Assembly (NCBI GenBank): GCA_913063375.1
Contig: CAJXXR010000002.1
Location: 44,448-108,447, forward strand
Length of the DNA stretch: 64,000 nucleotides
Direction of reading: 5' to 3'
From: an uncultured Flavobacteriales bacterium
GTDB lineage: Bacteria > Bacteroidota > Bacteroidia > Flavobacteriales > CAJXXR01
The notes under the pieces: model-generated
The model's database searches: none
What the model was told of the DNA's origin: nothing
What the model saw: the letters and a program-made list of their open reading frames with translations, nothing else
Made by a program: the position numbers and the translations under genes
Part shown: positions 29,688-39,511 of the stretch, piece by piece
Layout of the letters: every line of letters starts with the position of its first letter
Numbering within the stretch: position 1 is the first letter of the stretch

Positions 29688-30628
29688 TGGTAAAGAATAT
29701 CTACAAATATCTAAAAATATATGAAGATTTTGGTTCTAAGAGCCTAGATCTATTAAGATATATTTTTAGTTTTTTAGCACTTACCTTTGTAATCATTGAA
29801 TTGAAGCAAGCAATAGGTTTAGGTCATATTGAGACTTTAAAGACTCAACTAACCGTCCATTTTGAATTGGTTTGGCTATTTGGGACGTTTGTTTTCGCTT
29901 TTATTCACCATTGGTCTGATGCCAAGGTCTGGCAGTCAATAATTGCAACGAAAAGAAAATTCCCTTTACTCCTTGCCCTAAGAATGAATTGGACGAGTCT
30001 AGCGTATTCTTTTTATAGTCCTAATAGGCTTCTAGATATTCCTTCGAAGGTTCTACTGTTGGAGGATATGGATCGTGCTTTTAAATGGTACGCAGCTGGA
30101 TTATATAATGTTTTAAAGCCATCTGCTACTTTTTATATTGGATTGGCTGCACTAAGTTTATTGCTTGGTTATTGGTGGTTAACTCTTGGACTTGTAATTG
30201 TTGGGCCGTTCGTGTTACTTTGGATTAAAGATAAACTTGAAAAAAGTGAATTTCTGAGGGATAGAATTTCATTGGAAGAAAGAGTAGGAGATTCTTTATT
30301 TCTGGAACTTTTGGGATTGAATTTAATACGAATAGTTAGTTTGGCTTTACAGCATGCTGGAATTTTATTTCTGCTAGGTTTTCAATTTCCAGTAGAAAGC
30401 TTGTTAATGTATCTGCTAATCATACATACAGTGGTTACTTTTTTACCCCAGGTCGCTGGAACTGAAATTTTCGTCAGGAGTTATCTTTGTTTTTATTTTT
30501 TAGAGTTGGATTCTGGCCATGAGTTGGTGCTGGCAAGTTCTGTGTTAGTATTGTGGACTATGAATATTATGCTGCCTGCCGTTATTGGTTTATTTGTTCA
30601 GAAAAAAGCGGGATTAAAAAAAGACTAA
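29687..30628 (+). CDS. Multi-pass membrane protein, lysylphosphatidylglycerol-synthase-TM/flippase-like
   Basis: Several hydrophobic segments, GTEIFVRS, LWTMNIMLPAVIG; directly upstream of a GT2 gene; start uncertain. Confidence 0.55.
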   Translation: MVKNIYKYLKIYEDFGSKSLDLLRYIFSFLALTFVIIELKQAIGLGHIETLKTQLTVHFELVWLFGTFVFAFIHHWSDAKVWQSIIATKRKFPLLLALRMNWTSLAYSFYSPNRLLDIPSKVLLLEDMDRAFKWYAAGLYNVLKPSATFYIGLAALSLLLGYWWLTLGLVIVGPFVLLWIKDKLEKSEFLRDRISLEERVGDSLFLELLGLNLIRIVSLALQHAGILFLLGFQFPVESLLMYLLIIHTVVTFLPQVAGTEIFVRSYLCFYFLELDSGHELVLASSVLVLWTMNIMLPAVIGLFVQKKAGLKKD

Positions 30629-30630
30629 AT

Positions 30631-31731
30631 ATGGAAGGGGTAATTAGCATTGTACTTATAATCTATAGTCTTTTATTGACCTATTATCATAGATCTTTAC
30701 GAAAGCTCTTTAAATCCCATAAAAATGAGCTCTTTGGGGATGTTACCATTGATGTTGTTGTAGCTTATAGGAATGAGTCGGCAAATTTACCACATCTGCT
30801 GACGGACTTGGGTAATTTGAATACAGCTGGGATAGTTCTGAAGGTATATTTAGTTAATGACCACTCCACGGATACTGGGGCAGCCATTGTTGAAGAATTT
30901 AGAGCACAGGGAAATATTGATATCCATCCCTTTCATCTTCATAATGAAATTGGTAAAAAAGCTGCTATTTCGGCAGTGCTAGATGAATTGTCTTCTGAAT
31001 GGATATTGTTTACAGATGCCGATTGTAGACTGGATAAGGGTTGGTTGCAGAGTTATCGTGCACAAATTGATAATGAAGTTCAATGTATTCTTGGAGCCGT
31101 TCGGTTGACGGACGGTAATTCCTTATTCGGGAGATTTCAGCAACTTGAATTTATGAGTCTACAAGCAGCGACAGCAGCAAGTTGCTTAGCTCAGAACCCT
31201 ATTATGTGTAATGGTGCAAATTGGATGGTTAGACGGAGTAGCTATTTGGCGCTTCGGGAAAACATAAAGAAAGAAATTGCCAGTGGGGATGATATGTTTA
31301 TTCTTCAAGCACTAAAAAGACAAAATGCAAGACAAATACGTTATAATATTGGATTGTCTAGCCTAGTGGAAACAAAAGTTGTGAATAGCTTTGGTGTCTT
31401 TTGGGCTCAACGAAATAGATGGACAACAAAATCAAAGTATTATACGGATCCCACAACTATCGCCATTAGTTTACTTGTCGTGTTTGCGAATATTGCTTTC
31501 GTACTTTCCTTCTGGTATGTATCAAATGAAATAGGCTTGTTATGGTTTATTTTAGCTAAGTTAGCGTCGGAATATCTCGTTTTACAGCGGTATGCTAAAT
31601 TCAGTGGGGAGAAATTGCTTTTGAAAGAATTTCCATTATTAGCTTTATGCTATCCGTTTTATATTATCCTAATTGTAGGGAGTTCTATATTTGCAAAATT
31701 TCAATGGAAAGATCGTAGCTACCAAGCATGA
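30631..31731 (+). CDS. Glycosyltransferase family 2 (membrane-bound)
   Basis: VVAYRNE, VNDHSTD, FTDADC, SGDDMF, QRNRW; start MEGVIS. Confidence 0.92.
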   Translation: MEGVISIVLIIYSLLLTYYHRSLRKLFKSHKNELFGDVTIDVVVAYRNESANLPHLLTDLGNLNTAGIVLKVYLVNDHSTDTGAAIVEEFRAQGNIDIHPFHLHNEIGKKAAISAVLDELSSEWILFTDADCRLDKGWLQSYRAQIDNEVQCILGAVRLTDGNSLFGRFQQLEFMSLQAATAASCLAQNPIMCNGANWMVRRSSYLALRENIKKEIASGDDMFILQALKRQNARQIRYNIGLSSLVETKVVNSFGVFWAQRNRWTTKSKYYTDPTTIAISLLVVFANIAFVLSFWYVSNEIGLLWFILAKLASEYLVLQRYAKFSGEKLLLKEFPLLALCYPFYIILIVGSSIFAKFQWKDRSYQA

Positions 31732-32765
31732 AGAAATTTCGGGACCACATTCGTTTAATATTGGCTTTATTTATCATCGTACCTTTGTGTATCGGTGCTG
31801 TTTTTGCCTATCAATGGATTCCAGATTCCAGTCCCCATGCCAATGAAATGCAATTATCACTCTCAAACCTTAACCCGAATTCAGACCAACTTTTCCTCCT
31901 TTTAGATAATAAGGTTAAAGCTCAGGAAGAAGGCTCTTTCTGGATGGGAAAAAGCAGTTCATCAAAACATATTGCTATAGACTCAGCGATAACACAGGAC
32001 TCGCAAGTTTTTTATTGGGAAGTTGGTATACCGAAAAGACAAGAAATTGAGGCTGCCAAATTATTTTATCCAAATGATCTGGATAAAAGTATGGAATTTA
32101 AAACCTACCGTTTAGGTTCTGATAAATATGGCCGTGATTTTCTAAGTCGATTGGTATTGGGGGCACGTGTTTCATTACTCGCGGGATTTTTTGCCGTAAC
32201 AATATCCTTAGTGGTTGGTTTAGTTCTTGGATTGATTGCTGGATTTTTTGGTGGCTGGATAGATCGTTCTATAATGTGGTTTATCAATGTGCTTTGGTCA
32301 GTCCCGACTTTACTATTGGCAATAGCCATTACACTATCCTTGGGTAAGGGCTTATGGCAAGTTTTCTTGGCAATTGGATTATCTATGTGGGTTGAAATTG
32401 CCAGGTTAGTTAGAGGTAGGGTCCTACAAGAGCGGGAACAAGAGTATGTTAGAGCGCTAAAATCATTGGGTTTTTCAGATTTCAGAATTCTGTTTAAACA
32501 TGTTCTTCCGAATATATTCCAACCGGTGATCGTCCTTTGTGCAGCTAATTTTGCAACAGCTATTTTACTAGAATCTGGTTTAAGTTTTCTTGGGATTGGC
32601 GCAACTGCTCCTATGCCCACTTGGGGGAATATGATCCGGGATCATTATGCCTATATCGTATTAGATAAGGCCTATTTGGCTATTTATCCAGGCCTAGGAA
32701 TTATGGCTTTGGTAATGGCATTTATGCTGTTGGGGAATTATCTAAAAGATAAATGGGCGAGCTAG
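31728..32765 (+). CDS. ABC transporter permease (OppC/DppC-like)
   Basis: LGSDKYGRD..SRLVLGARVSL, EYVRALKSLG, KHVLPN, ESGLSFLGIG..PTWG. Confidence 0.92.
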   Translation: MKKFRDHIRLILALFIIVPLCIGAVFAYQWIPDSSPHANEMQLSLSNLNPNSDQLFLLLDNKVKAQEEGSFWMGKSSSSKHIAIDSAITQDSQVFYWEVGIPKRQEIEAAKLFYPNDLDKSMEFKTYRLGSDKYGRDFLSRLVLGARVSLLAGFFAVTISLVVGLVLGLIAGFFGGWIDRSIMWFINVLWSVPTLLLAIAITLSLGKGLWQVFLAIGLSMWVEIARLVRGRVLQEREQEYVRALKSLGFSDFRILFKHVLPNIFQPVIVLCAANFATAILLESGLSFLGIGATAPMPTWGNMIRDHYAYIVLDKAYLAIYPGLGIMALVMAFMLLGNYLKDKWAS

Positions 32766-33478
32766 TTAAGAATACTAAAGTGGATATTGTCCTTTTCAAG
32801 AAGTGGCTTTCCGGTCCATCTAAGGATTAATTGGGCAACGGCTAAAATATCTTTTTCACAATAAATGGCTATTCGTTCACAGTCATTTTCCTCCCAGAAT
32901 ACACGTCCAACTTCAGAACCATCGATGTCATCTTTAGGACTCGGTATATCAAAAAGATTGGTGAGTAATTTTAATGAAGTAAAATGTTTCCAATCCCCAA
33001 ACTTCCAAAGTTCCATAGTATCTAAATGAGGTACTTCCCACGGTTTTTTACCCGCAACATTTAGGGTGTATGGTAAGGGGATTCCATGAATCAACATTCT
33101 TCTACAAAGAAATGGGATGTCAAATTCTTTGACGTTATGTCCAATAAGTTTGAAAGTCTTAAATTTCTTTAGAGCCTGGCCAAATTCGGCCAAAAGTAAT
33201 TTTTCATCTTCACCATAATAAGATTTGAAGCGCATATCTCTGTGGTCTCCATCCTCTTTTATATAGCCAATACTGATACAAACAACCTTTCCAAATTCAG
33301 CCCAAATCCCAGCCTTTTCATTGTAAAACTCCTCGGCAGTAAATTCCTCTTTACGTTGATAGGCGGTTTTTTTCGCAAAAAGGCCTTGTAATTCTTCATT
33401 GAGTTCGGTGAATTTATGATGAGAGGATACCGTTTCAATATCTATGAAAAGGAGCTCTTCAATGGATGTTTGGATCAT
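32762..33478 (-). CDS. 3'-5' exonuclease (DEDD, PolB-exo-like)
   Basis: FIDIET, GHNVKEFDIPF, YCEKD. Confidence 0.9.
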   Translation of the reverse strand: MIQTSIEELLFIDIETVSSHHKFTELNEELQGLFAKKTAYQRKEEFTAEEFYNEKAGIWAEFGKVVCISIGYIKEDGDHRDMRFKSYYGEDEKLLLAEFGQALKKFKTFKLIGHNVKEFDIPFLCRRMLIHGIPLPYTLNVAGKKPWEVPHLDTMELWKFGDWKHFTSLKLLTNLFDIPSPKDDIDGSEVGRVFWEENDCERIAIYCEKDILAVAQLILRWTGKPLLEKDNIHFSILN

Positions 33479-33487
33479 GTTAAATAT

Positions 33488-35089
33488 TTATTTGGTGTTA
33501 TGTAATATTTCAATAGCCTTTTGAACTTCATTATCCCTGGTATTCCAAATCTTATAGAGACCTTCATTCCCCCATATTTTTCTTGCGATAAGGGATTTTA
33601 GACGATATTTAAGGTAGGGATTAGACTTTTGGATATTCTCTGATGAGCTATTGATAGTTTCCTTTTCTGCTCTTTGAATGATCTCATCAAAAAGTTCAGA
33701 GCTGACATCAAAGGTTCCAGCGAATTCTTCTAAATTTCCTTCATTCATCCAATAGTCTCTATGACTATTTGAGTATTCATAGGCCATATCATTTAAGATC
33801 GAAGAAGATAATATTTGATTCAACCAACGCGAAGTAAAAGTTGTATCCAATGGGATAAAATGGTCTGGATAAATTCCTCCTCCTCCATATACACTTCTAC
33901 CATTCGTAGTTTTGAATATAAGGCTATCAGCAAATACTACGCTGTCAGCATTAAACAATTCTCCAGAGGCAAATCTGTTCAGTGATTCAACATGGTAATT
34001 GTCTAAACCGTCTTCATACGATTTTTGAATGCATCTACCTGATGGCGTATAATATCTGGAAGTAGTTATTCTAAGCGCAGAACCATCACCTAGTTGAGAT
34101 TGTTCTTGAACCAACCCTTTACCAAAGGACCTTCTACCTATTATAATACCTCTATCATTGTCTTGTATGGCTCCAGCCACAATTTCACTTGCAGAAGCGG
34201 AGCCTTCATTAATAAGGACTACAATTTCTGATTTTTCAAAATCTCCTTTTTTTGTTGCGTAGTGATATTCTCTACCTCTTTTGGCTCCCTCTGTGTATAC
34301 AATTAGTTCTTTAGCACCTAGGAATTCATCAATAAGGTCTATGGCTGTATGTAGGTAACCTCCGGGATTGTTTCTTAAGTCGAGTACCATTTTTTGCATG
34401 CCTTGGTCCTTCAATTTTTTGAAGGCTAGAAGGTATTCGTCGTAGGTGGTTGCTGCAAATCTGTTGATTTTAATATAGCCAATTTGGTCGTCTAGCATCA
34501 TGGATACATCCACACTGTGGATAGGGATCTTATCTCTGATAATATCGAAGGCAATTGGATCGGTTATACCAGGTCTTTTAATAAGTACCTTAACCATTGA
34601 TCCTCTTTCTCCTCTTAAGTTCTCAACAACATCTTTATTGGTTATACCAATACCAGCAACTTGAATGGTATCTACTTTTAGGATACAATCTCCACTCTTA
34701 ATTCCCAATTTTTCTGAAGGACCTCCTGAAATTGGAGTAACCACTCGGATAGTGTCATTTTGAATTTGGTACTCAATACCTATCCCATCAAAGTTGCCTT
34801 GCATACTTTCCGTTACTTGGAGCATGTCTTTTGAAGAAATATAAGTAGAGTGTGGATCTAGTTGATCCAAGATGTGTTGAATACTCCCTTCAACAATGCT
34901 ATCCACATTTATATTATCTACATAATTATTTTCCAATTGAAAAATCAGTTGTTCAATTTTCCCATAATTAGCCCCAAAGAGTGGAGTTTCTTGTCTCTCT
35001 GTAAATTGGAATTGCCTTCCTATCCACATTCCTGCAACAAGGATGAGTGCAATATAGATAGGATTAAATGTATTTTTAGATTTAGTCAT
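33488..35089 (-). CDS. C-terminal processing peptidase, S41 family, with PDZ domain
   Basis: LDPHS, LDLRNNPGG, GSASASEIVAGAIQD, SFGKGLVQ, YYTPSGR. Confidence 0.95.
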   Translation of the reverse strand: MTKSKNTFNPIYIALILVAGMWIGRQFQFTERQETPLFGANYGKIEQLIFQLENNYVDNINVDSIVEGSIQHILDQLDPHSTYISSKDMLQVTESMQGNFDGIGIEYQIQNDTIRVVTPISGGPSEKLGIKSGDCILKVDTIQVAGIGITNKDVVENLRGERGSMVKVLIKRPGITDPIAFDIIRDKIPIHSVDVSMMLDDQIGYIKINRFAATTYDEYLLAFKKLKDQGMQKMVLDLRNNPGGYLHTAIDLIDEFLGAKELIVYTEGAKRGREYHYATKKGDFEKSEIVVLINEGSASASEIVAGAIQDNDRGIIIGRRSFGKGLVQEQSQLGDGSALRITTSRYYTPSGRCIQKSYEDGLDNYHVESLNRFASGELFNADSVVFADSLIFKTTNGRSVYGGGGIYPDHFIPLDTTFTSRWLNQILSSSILNDMAYEYSNSHRDYWMNEGNLEEFAGTFDVSSELFDEIIQRAEKETINSSSENIQKSNPYLKYRLKSLIARKIWGNEGLYKIWNTRDNEVQKAIEILHNTK

Positions 35090-35090
35090 A

Positions 35091-35522
35091 TTAGAAACTT
35101 TCTTGATCAATATACACTACTTCAACACCCGTTTCTTTTAAAAAGTCTACACCTGATGAATCTCTATATTTTCGAGAGTATACCACTCTCTTAATTCCTG
35201 TCTGTAAAATTAATTTACTACATTCTTTGCAGGGAGATAAGGTAACATATAACGAAGCTCCTTCTGCGCTTTGCGTAGAGTGTGCAACTTTTGTAATGGC
35301 ATTGGCTTCTGCGTGTAACACATACCATTTTGTCAATCCTTCATCGTCTTCACAAATGTTTTCAAATCCGGAAGGTGTGCCATTGTAGCCATCTGAAATA
35401 ATCATCTTATCTTTAACAATAAGTGCGCCAACTTGCCGTCTTTTGCAATAGGATAATTTAGCCCATTCAGTAGCCATTTTTAGATAGGCTACATCATAAC
35501 TGTATTGTTTTGCTGGACTCAT
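35091..35522 (-). CDS. dCMP deaminase (ComEB family)
   Basis: GYNGTP, HAEANAI, SPCKEC. Confidence 0.93.
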   Translation of the reverse strand: MSPAKQYSYDVAYLKMATEWAKLSYCKRRQVGALIVKDKMIISDGYNGTPSGFENICEDDEGLTKWYVLHAEANAITKVAHSTQSAEGASLYVTLSPCKECSKLILQTGIKRVVYSRKYRDSSGVDFLKETGVEVVYIDQESF

Positions 35523-36202
35523 TTATTTAGTTTTGTTAATTCTTCTACAGCCATTTTGATATTTTCATGAAGCTCTACTATAGAAGCATCCATCATATAA
35601 CAAGGTGCAGAAACTATTTTTAGTTCGACGTCAATAGCCACCTCTTGTATGGTCTTTTCAAGATGTACGGCTCCAATTTGTTCCATTCCTGCAGCTATCC
35701 CTTGAATATCATAGGGGGAGCTTGCTTTACTTGATCCAACAGTTAAGTTGGCGGAATAAGGACTCCCTTCAAGTGCTTTAGCAATGACGGTAGGTCCCAT
35801 ACAAAGTGCTGCAATCGGTTTTTTTTCGGCTATAAATTGTAAGATAGTATTCTTTACAGCAGTATCAATAGTGCAATCAGGACCATTCACGGCCCACTGA
35901 TTCAGGTTTTTTGCAGCGCCAAATCCACCAGGAATTAGTAGTGCATCAAAATTAGAGCTGTCCAAATCTTTAAGATCTGAGATGTCTCCTCTAGCAATTC
36001 TTGCAGATTCAATCAGTACATTTCTATTTTCGTCCATTACAGAGCCATCTAAATGATTGATAACATGTAGCTGGTTCTTGTTTGGAGCAAAGCAATTAGC
36101 TTCATGGCCTAATTCGGCTATGGCTAAAAGACTCAATACGGACTCATGAATTTCTGATCCATCGTAGACTCCCGATCCTGCTAAGATTACTGCTATCTTC
36201 AT
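35519..36202 (-). CDS. elbB: Glyoxalase ElbB (DJ-1/PfpI superfamily)
   Basis: GSGVYDGSEIHE, ESARIARG, PGGFGAAKNL, SAPCYM. Confidence 0.9.
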   Translation of the reverse strand: MKIAVILAGSGVYDGSEIHESVLSLLAIAELGHEANCFAPNKNQLHVINHLDGSVMDENRNVLIESARIARGDISDLKDLDSSNFDALLIPGGFGAAKNLNQWAVNGPDCTIDTAVKNTILQFIAEKKPIAALCMGPTVIAKALEGSPYSANLTVGSSKASSPYDIQGIAAGMEQIGAVHLEKTIQEVAIDVELKIVSAPCYMMDASIVELHENIKMAVEELTKLNK

Positions 36203-36336
36203 GTAGGTATTGTTAATTGAAAAATTAAGTTGATTGAGGCAATCATAGAATTGCTAAATGCCTTTCAAAAATAAGCTTTTTCTTTGGGCATCGTATAGGC
36301 TTATTAAAGTTCTTTAGTTAAAGAACTTTAAGGATA

Positions 36337-36371
36337 AAAAAAATAGGGCTACGATAACGTAACCCTATTTT
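36337..36371 (-). terminator. Intrinsic terminator of trpS
   Basis: aatagggttacg-ttat-cgtagccctatt then a T-tract on the minus strand. Confidence 0.8.
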
Positions 36372-36372
36372 A

Positions 36373-37347
36373 TTATTTTCCAAACCCAACTTTTTGTCGA
36401 ACCCTATTAAGGACTTCCAGCCCTATTATTTTTGCTTTTTCTGCTCCTTTACTGAGTTCTGCATCAATCTTATCATGATCTTCTATCAATTCCCAGTAGC
36501 GGTTTCTTTCTGTTTCGAATTTGGTGATGATCAATTCAAATAAAGCTTGTTTAGCATGACCGTATCCGTAATTTCCTCCTGTATAATTTCCTCTCATTGT
36601 TGCAATTTCTTCAGGACTAGCCATAAGTTCATATAGCTTGAATACATTACAGGTATCAGGATCTTTTGGTTCTTCAAGTCCTTTTGTATCTGTAACGATT
36701 TTCATCAATACCTTTCTAAGCTTTTTATCGGGAAGGAATATATTGATGAAATTCCCATAGGACTTACTCATCTTTCTACCATCTATTCCAGGAACAGTCA
36801 TCACCTGTTCATCTATTTTAGATTCAGGTAACACGAAAGTCTCCCCATAGATTCTATTGAAAGCACCGGCCATATCTCTGGCCATTTCTAAATGTTGCTT
36901 TTGATCTTTTCCAACAGGTACAATGTTCACATCATACATAAGAATGTCTGCCGCCATTAGTACTGGATAATCAAAAAGTCCGGCATTTACATCCGATAGG
37001 TTGCTGGCTTTATCTTTAAAAGAATGTGCATTGGCCAGCATAGGATAAGGAGTAACACAGTTTAAATACCAAGTTAGCTCTGTTACCTGTGGAATATCAG
37101 ACTGTCTGAATAAGGTATTTTTATCCGTATCAAATCCGAAGGCAAGCCAGGCAGCTGCAGTAGCGTAAGTGTTTTCAATTATTTTCCCCGCATCTTTTGT
37201 AGTCGTTATAGCATGCATGTTTGCTATAAAAAACAAACTTTCATTTTTTGGATCGTTTGAAAGTCCTATTGCTGGAACAATTGCGCCTAGTATATTTCCT
37301 AGATGAGGAATCCCACTACTTTGTACACCTGTTAATACTCTTGCCAT
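36373..37347 (-). CDS. trpS: Tryptophan--tRNA ligase
   Basis: HLGN (HIGH), YPVLMAADIL, VPVGKDQKQHLE, KMSKS. Confidence 0.98.
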   Translation of the reverse strand: MARVLTGVQSSGIPHLGNILGAIVPAIGLSNDPKNESLFFIANMHAITTTKDAGKIIENTYATAAAWLAFGFDTDKNTLFRQSDIPQVTELTWYLNCVTPYPMLANAHSFKDKASNLSDVNAGLFDYPVLMAADILMYDVNIVPVGKDQKQHLEMARDMAGAFNRIYGETFVLPESKIDEQVMTVPGIDGRKMSKSYGNFINIFLPDKKLRKVLMKIVTDTKGLEEPKDPDTCNVFKLYELMASPEEIATMRGNYTGGNYGYGHAKQALFELIITKFETERNRYWELIEDHDKIDAELSKGAEKAKIIGLEVLNRVRQKVGFGK

Positions 37348-37521
37348 TTTGTATTTTCTTATTAATAGTCACAAAAATACATTTTCATTTTTTAAAATTT
37401 CCGATTAGTAGCCAGCTTTTTTTTAACAATAATGCAAGGTTCGTGTTAAATTTTGGTTAACAAAGGAAACGAAAAGTAATAAAAAACGTTTCCGTTGTGA
37501 GAATTGTTATATATTTGCGCC

Positions 37522-38136
37522 ATGGATGAGAAAGAGAAACAAATATTAACAATTGCTTGGGGACTTTTTAAGAAGTTCGGAATTCGCAATCTAAATATGG
37601 ATGAGATAGCGAGGCAGTTAGGTATTTCAAAGAAGACCTTGTATCGGTATGTGAAGAACAAGGAGGATTTATTGAAGAAATCGTTTTTCCATCATTTCGA
37701 AAACGAAAAGGAAGGTCAATGTCACATTTTTGATGAATGTGATAACCCTATAGATGAAATGTTAGCTGTAAATGAAAGCATTTGCAAAGAAAATAAGGAT
37801 TTAAACCCAGTAGCAGTATTTGAATTAAAGAGATATTATCCAGCATTATATGATCAAATATTCTCTTCGAAAATTGAATTTGTAAAATCCTGTATTTTGG
37901 TAAACCTTAAAAATGGGGTTGACGAAGGTTGGTATCGAAATAATTTTGATATAGAGATCATCGCTCGTTTGTATGTAGGGAGAATGCAAACTATTGTAAA
38001 TGAAGAGATATTCCCTGGAAACGATTATTCATTCAACGAGTTGGTACAAGAAAGTATCCAATTTCATTTATATGGAATCGTTTCTAAAAAAGGAAGAGAG
38101 TACCTAGAACAGAAACTAAACATCAGCTCAAAATAA
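37522..38136 (+). CDS. TetR/AcrR family regulator
   Basis: MDEIARQLGISKKTLYRY HTH; TATATTTG promoter element at 37510 supports the ATG at 37522. Confidence 0.93.
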   Translation: MDEKEKQILTIAWGLFKKFGIRNLNMDEIARQLGISKKTLYRYVKNKEDLLKKSFFHHFENEKEGQCHIFDECDNPIDEMLAVNESICKENKDLNPVAVFELKRYYPALYDQIFSSKIEFVKSCILVNLKNGVDEGWYRNNFDIEIIARLYVGRMQTIVNEEIFPGNDYSFNELVQESIQFHLYGIVSKKGREYLEQKLNISSK

Positions 38137-38146
38137 CCATCACACT

Positions 38147-39499
38147 ATGAAAGGAATCTATCGCTTGATTTTTGTGTTTGTATTGCCATTGAACATGGCA
38201 TTCGCACAGCAAGCATTTAGCCTCAAGGAGGCTCAGGCATATGCAAAATTGCATAGTTACCTGATTCAAGATGCCAATTTGGACATTGAAAAGGCGAAAA
38301 GAAAAATTCAGGAAACTATTGCCATCGGTTTGCCACAGATTAGTGGTTCTCTAGATTATCAGCATTTCCCTGAATTGCCTAAGAGTATTATTGACCCTTC
38401 CGCTTTTGGATCGGACCCTGATTCAAATTCAGAGGATGAAGGCCCAATCAAGGTGGCGTTTGGTCAGCAATATACGGCTACCGCTGCAATGAGAGTGAAT
38501 CAGTTGATCTTTGATGGATCTTATATTGTTGGATTGCAAGCTACAAAAGTGTTCTTGCAATTGTCAGAAGATCAGAAGTTGAAGAAAGAAATAGATGTTG
38601 CAGCCACTATTTATCAGTCTTATTCTGGTGTATTGATTGCAGGTAGGAACAAAGAAATTCTACAAGAATCTATCTTAGAATTACAAAAGACATTGAAGGA
38701 TACAAAAGCCTTGTATAAGGAAGGATTTGTTGAAGAATCGGATGTCGATCAAATTGAGCTATTGCTTTTGAATAATATCAATTCATTTGAACAAGCGAAG
38801 CGTCAGGAGGAATTGAGTATAGATATGTTGAAATTCAATATGGGTATATCTATCGAGGAAAGCTTGGAGCTTACAGAAAGTCTAGATGATTTTATGAACA
38901 GTGTCAATGGTCATGTGAAATTGGATAATCCATTCGACTTGACTTTGCATATTGATTATAAAATGATAGAAACACAGGAGAGTGCTTCTATGCTAACCTT
39001 AAAAAATGCCAAGGCAAAATTCCTGCCAACAATAAGTGCGTTTTACACACTTCAGAAGGTGTATTCATCAGATGAAAATGTTATAAGTTTAAGTAACAGT
39101 TTTGATTGGACACGTTCTCAAATCTTAGGTTTGTCTTTGAATATTCCAATATTCAATAGTTTCAAAAAGGTTCGTGTAGTTCAACAAGCTCAGTTAGATT
39201 TTGATAAAATGCAGGTTGCTAAAGACCAAATTTCTGAAAGTTTAAAATTGAATGCTAAGTCGGCAAAATCAGATTTCGCTTTTTATCAAACTAAACTTAA
39301 GAATGATAAGAAAAATCTAGAAATCGCTAAGCGAATTAGAAATAAAACGCAGGTGAAATTTAACGAAGGGATCTCTACCAGTTTGGAACTTTCTCAAGTT
39401 GAAAACCAATACCTACAGACACAGGGGCAATATATCCAGAGTCTCTTTCAATTATTCGATGCCAAATCGAAATTAGATCAAGCATTAAACAACTACTAA
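38147..39499 (+). CDS. TolC family outer-membrane efflux protein
   Basis: Signal peptide, GLPQISGS, FLPTISA, LSLNIPIFN, helical repeats. Confidence 0.92.
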   Translation: MKGIYRLIFVFVLPLNMAFAQQAFSLKEAQAYAKLHSYLIQDANLDIEKAKRKIQETIAIGLPQISGSLDYQHFPELPKSIIDPSAFGSDPDSNSEDEGPIKVAFGQQYTATAAMRVNQLIFDGSYIVGLQATKVFLQLSEDQKLKKEIDVAATIYQSYSGVLIAGRNKEILQESILELQKTLKDTKALYKEGFVEESDVDQIELLLLNNINSFEQAKRQEELSIDMLKFNMGISIEESLELTESLDDFMNSVNGHVKLDNPFDLTLHIDYKMIETQESASMLTLKNAKAKFLPTISAFYTLQKVYSSDENVISLSNSFDWTRSQILGLSLNIPIFNSFKKVRVVQQAQLDFDKMQVAKDQISESLKLNAKSAKSDFAFYQTKLKNDKKNLEIAKRIRNKTQVKFNEGISTSLELSQVENQYLQTQGQYIQSLFQLFDAKSKLDQALNNY

Positions 39500-39511
39500 A
39501 TCGTTAGAACG

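Noticed and set aside
37348-37460. T-box or attenuator upstream of trpS
   Set aside because: Short AT-rich leader with no T-box consensus or Trp-rich leader peptide.
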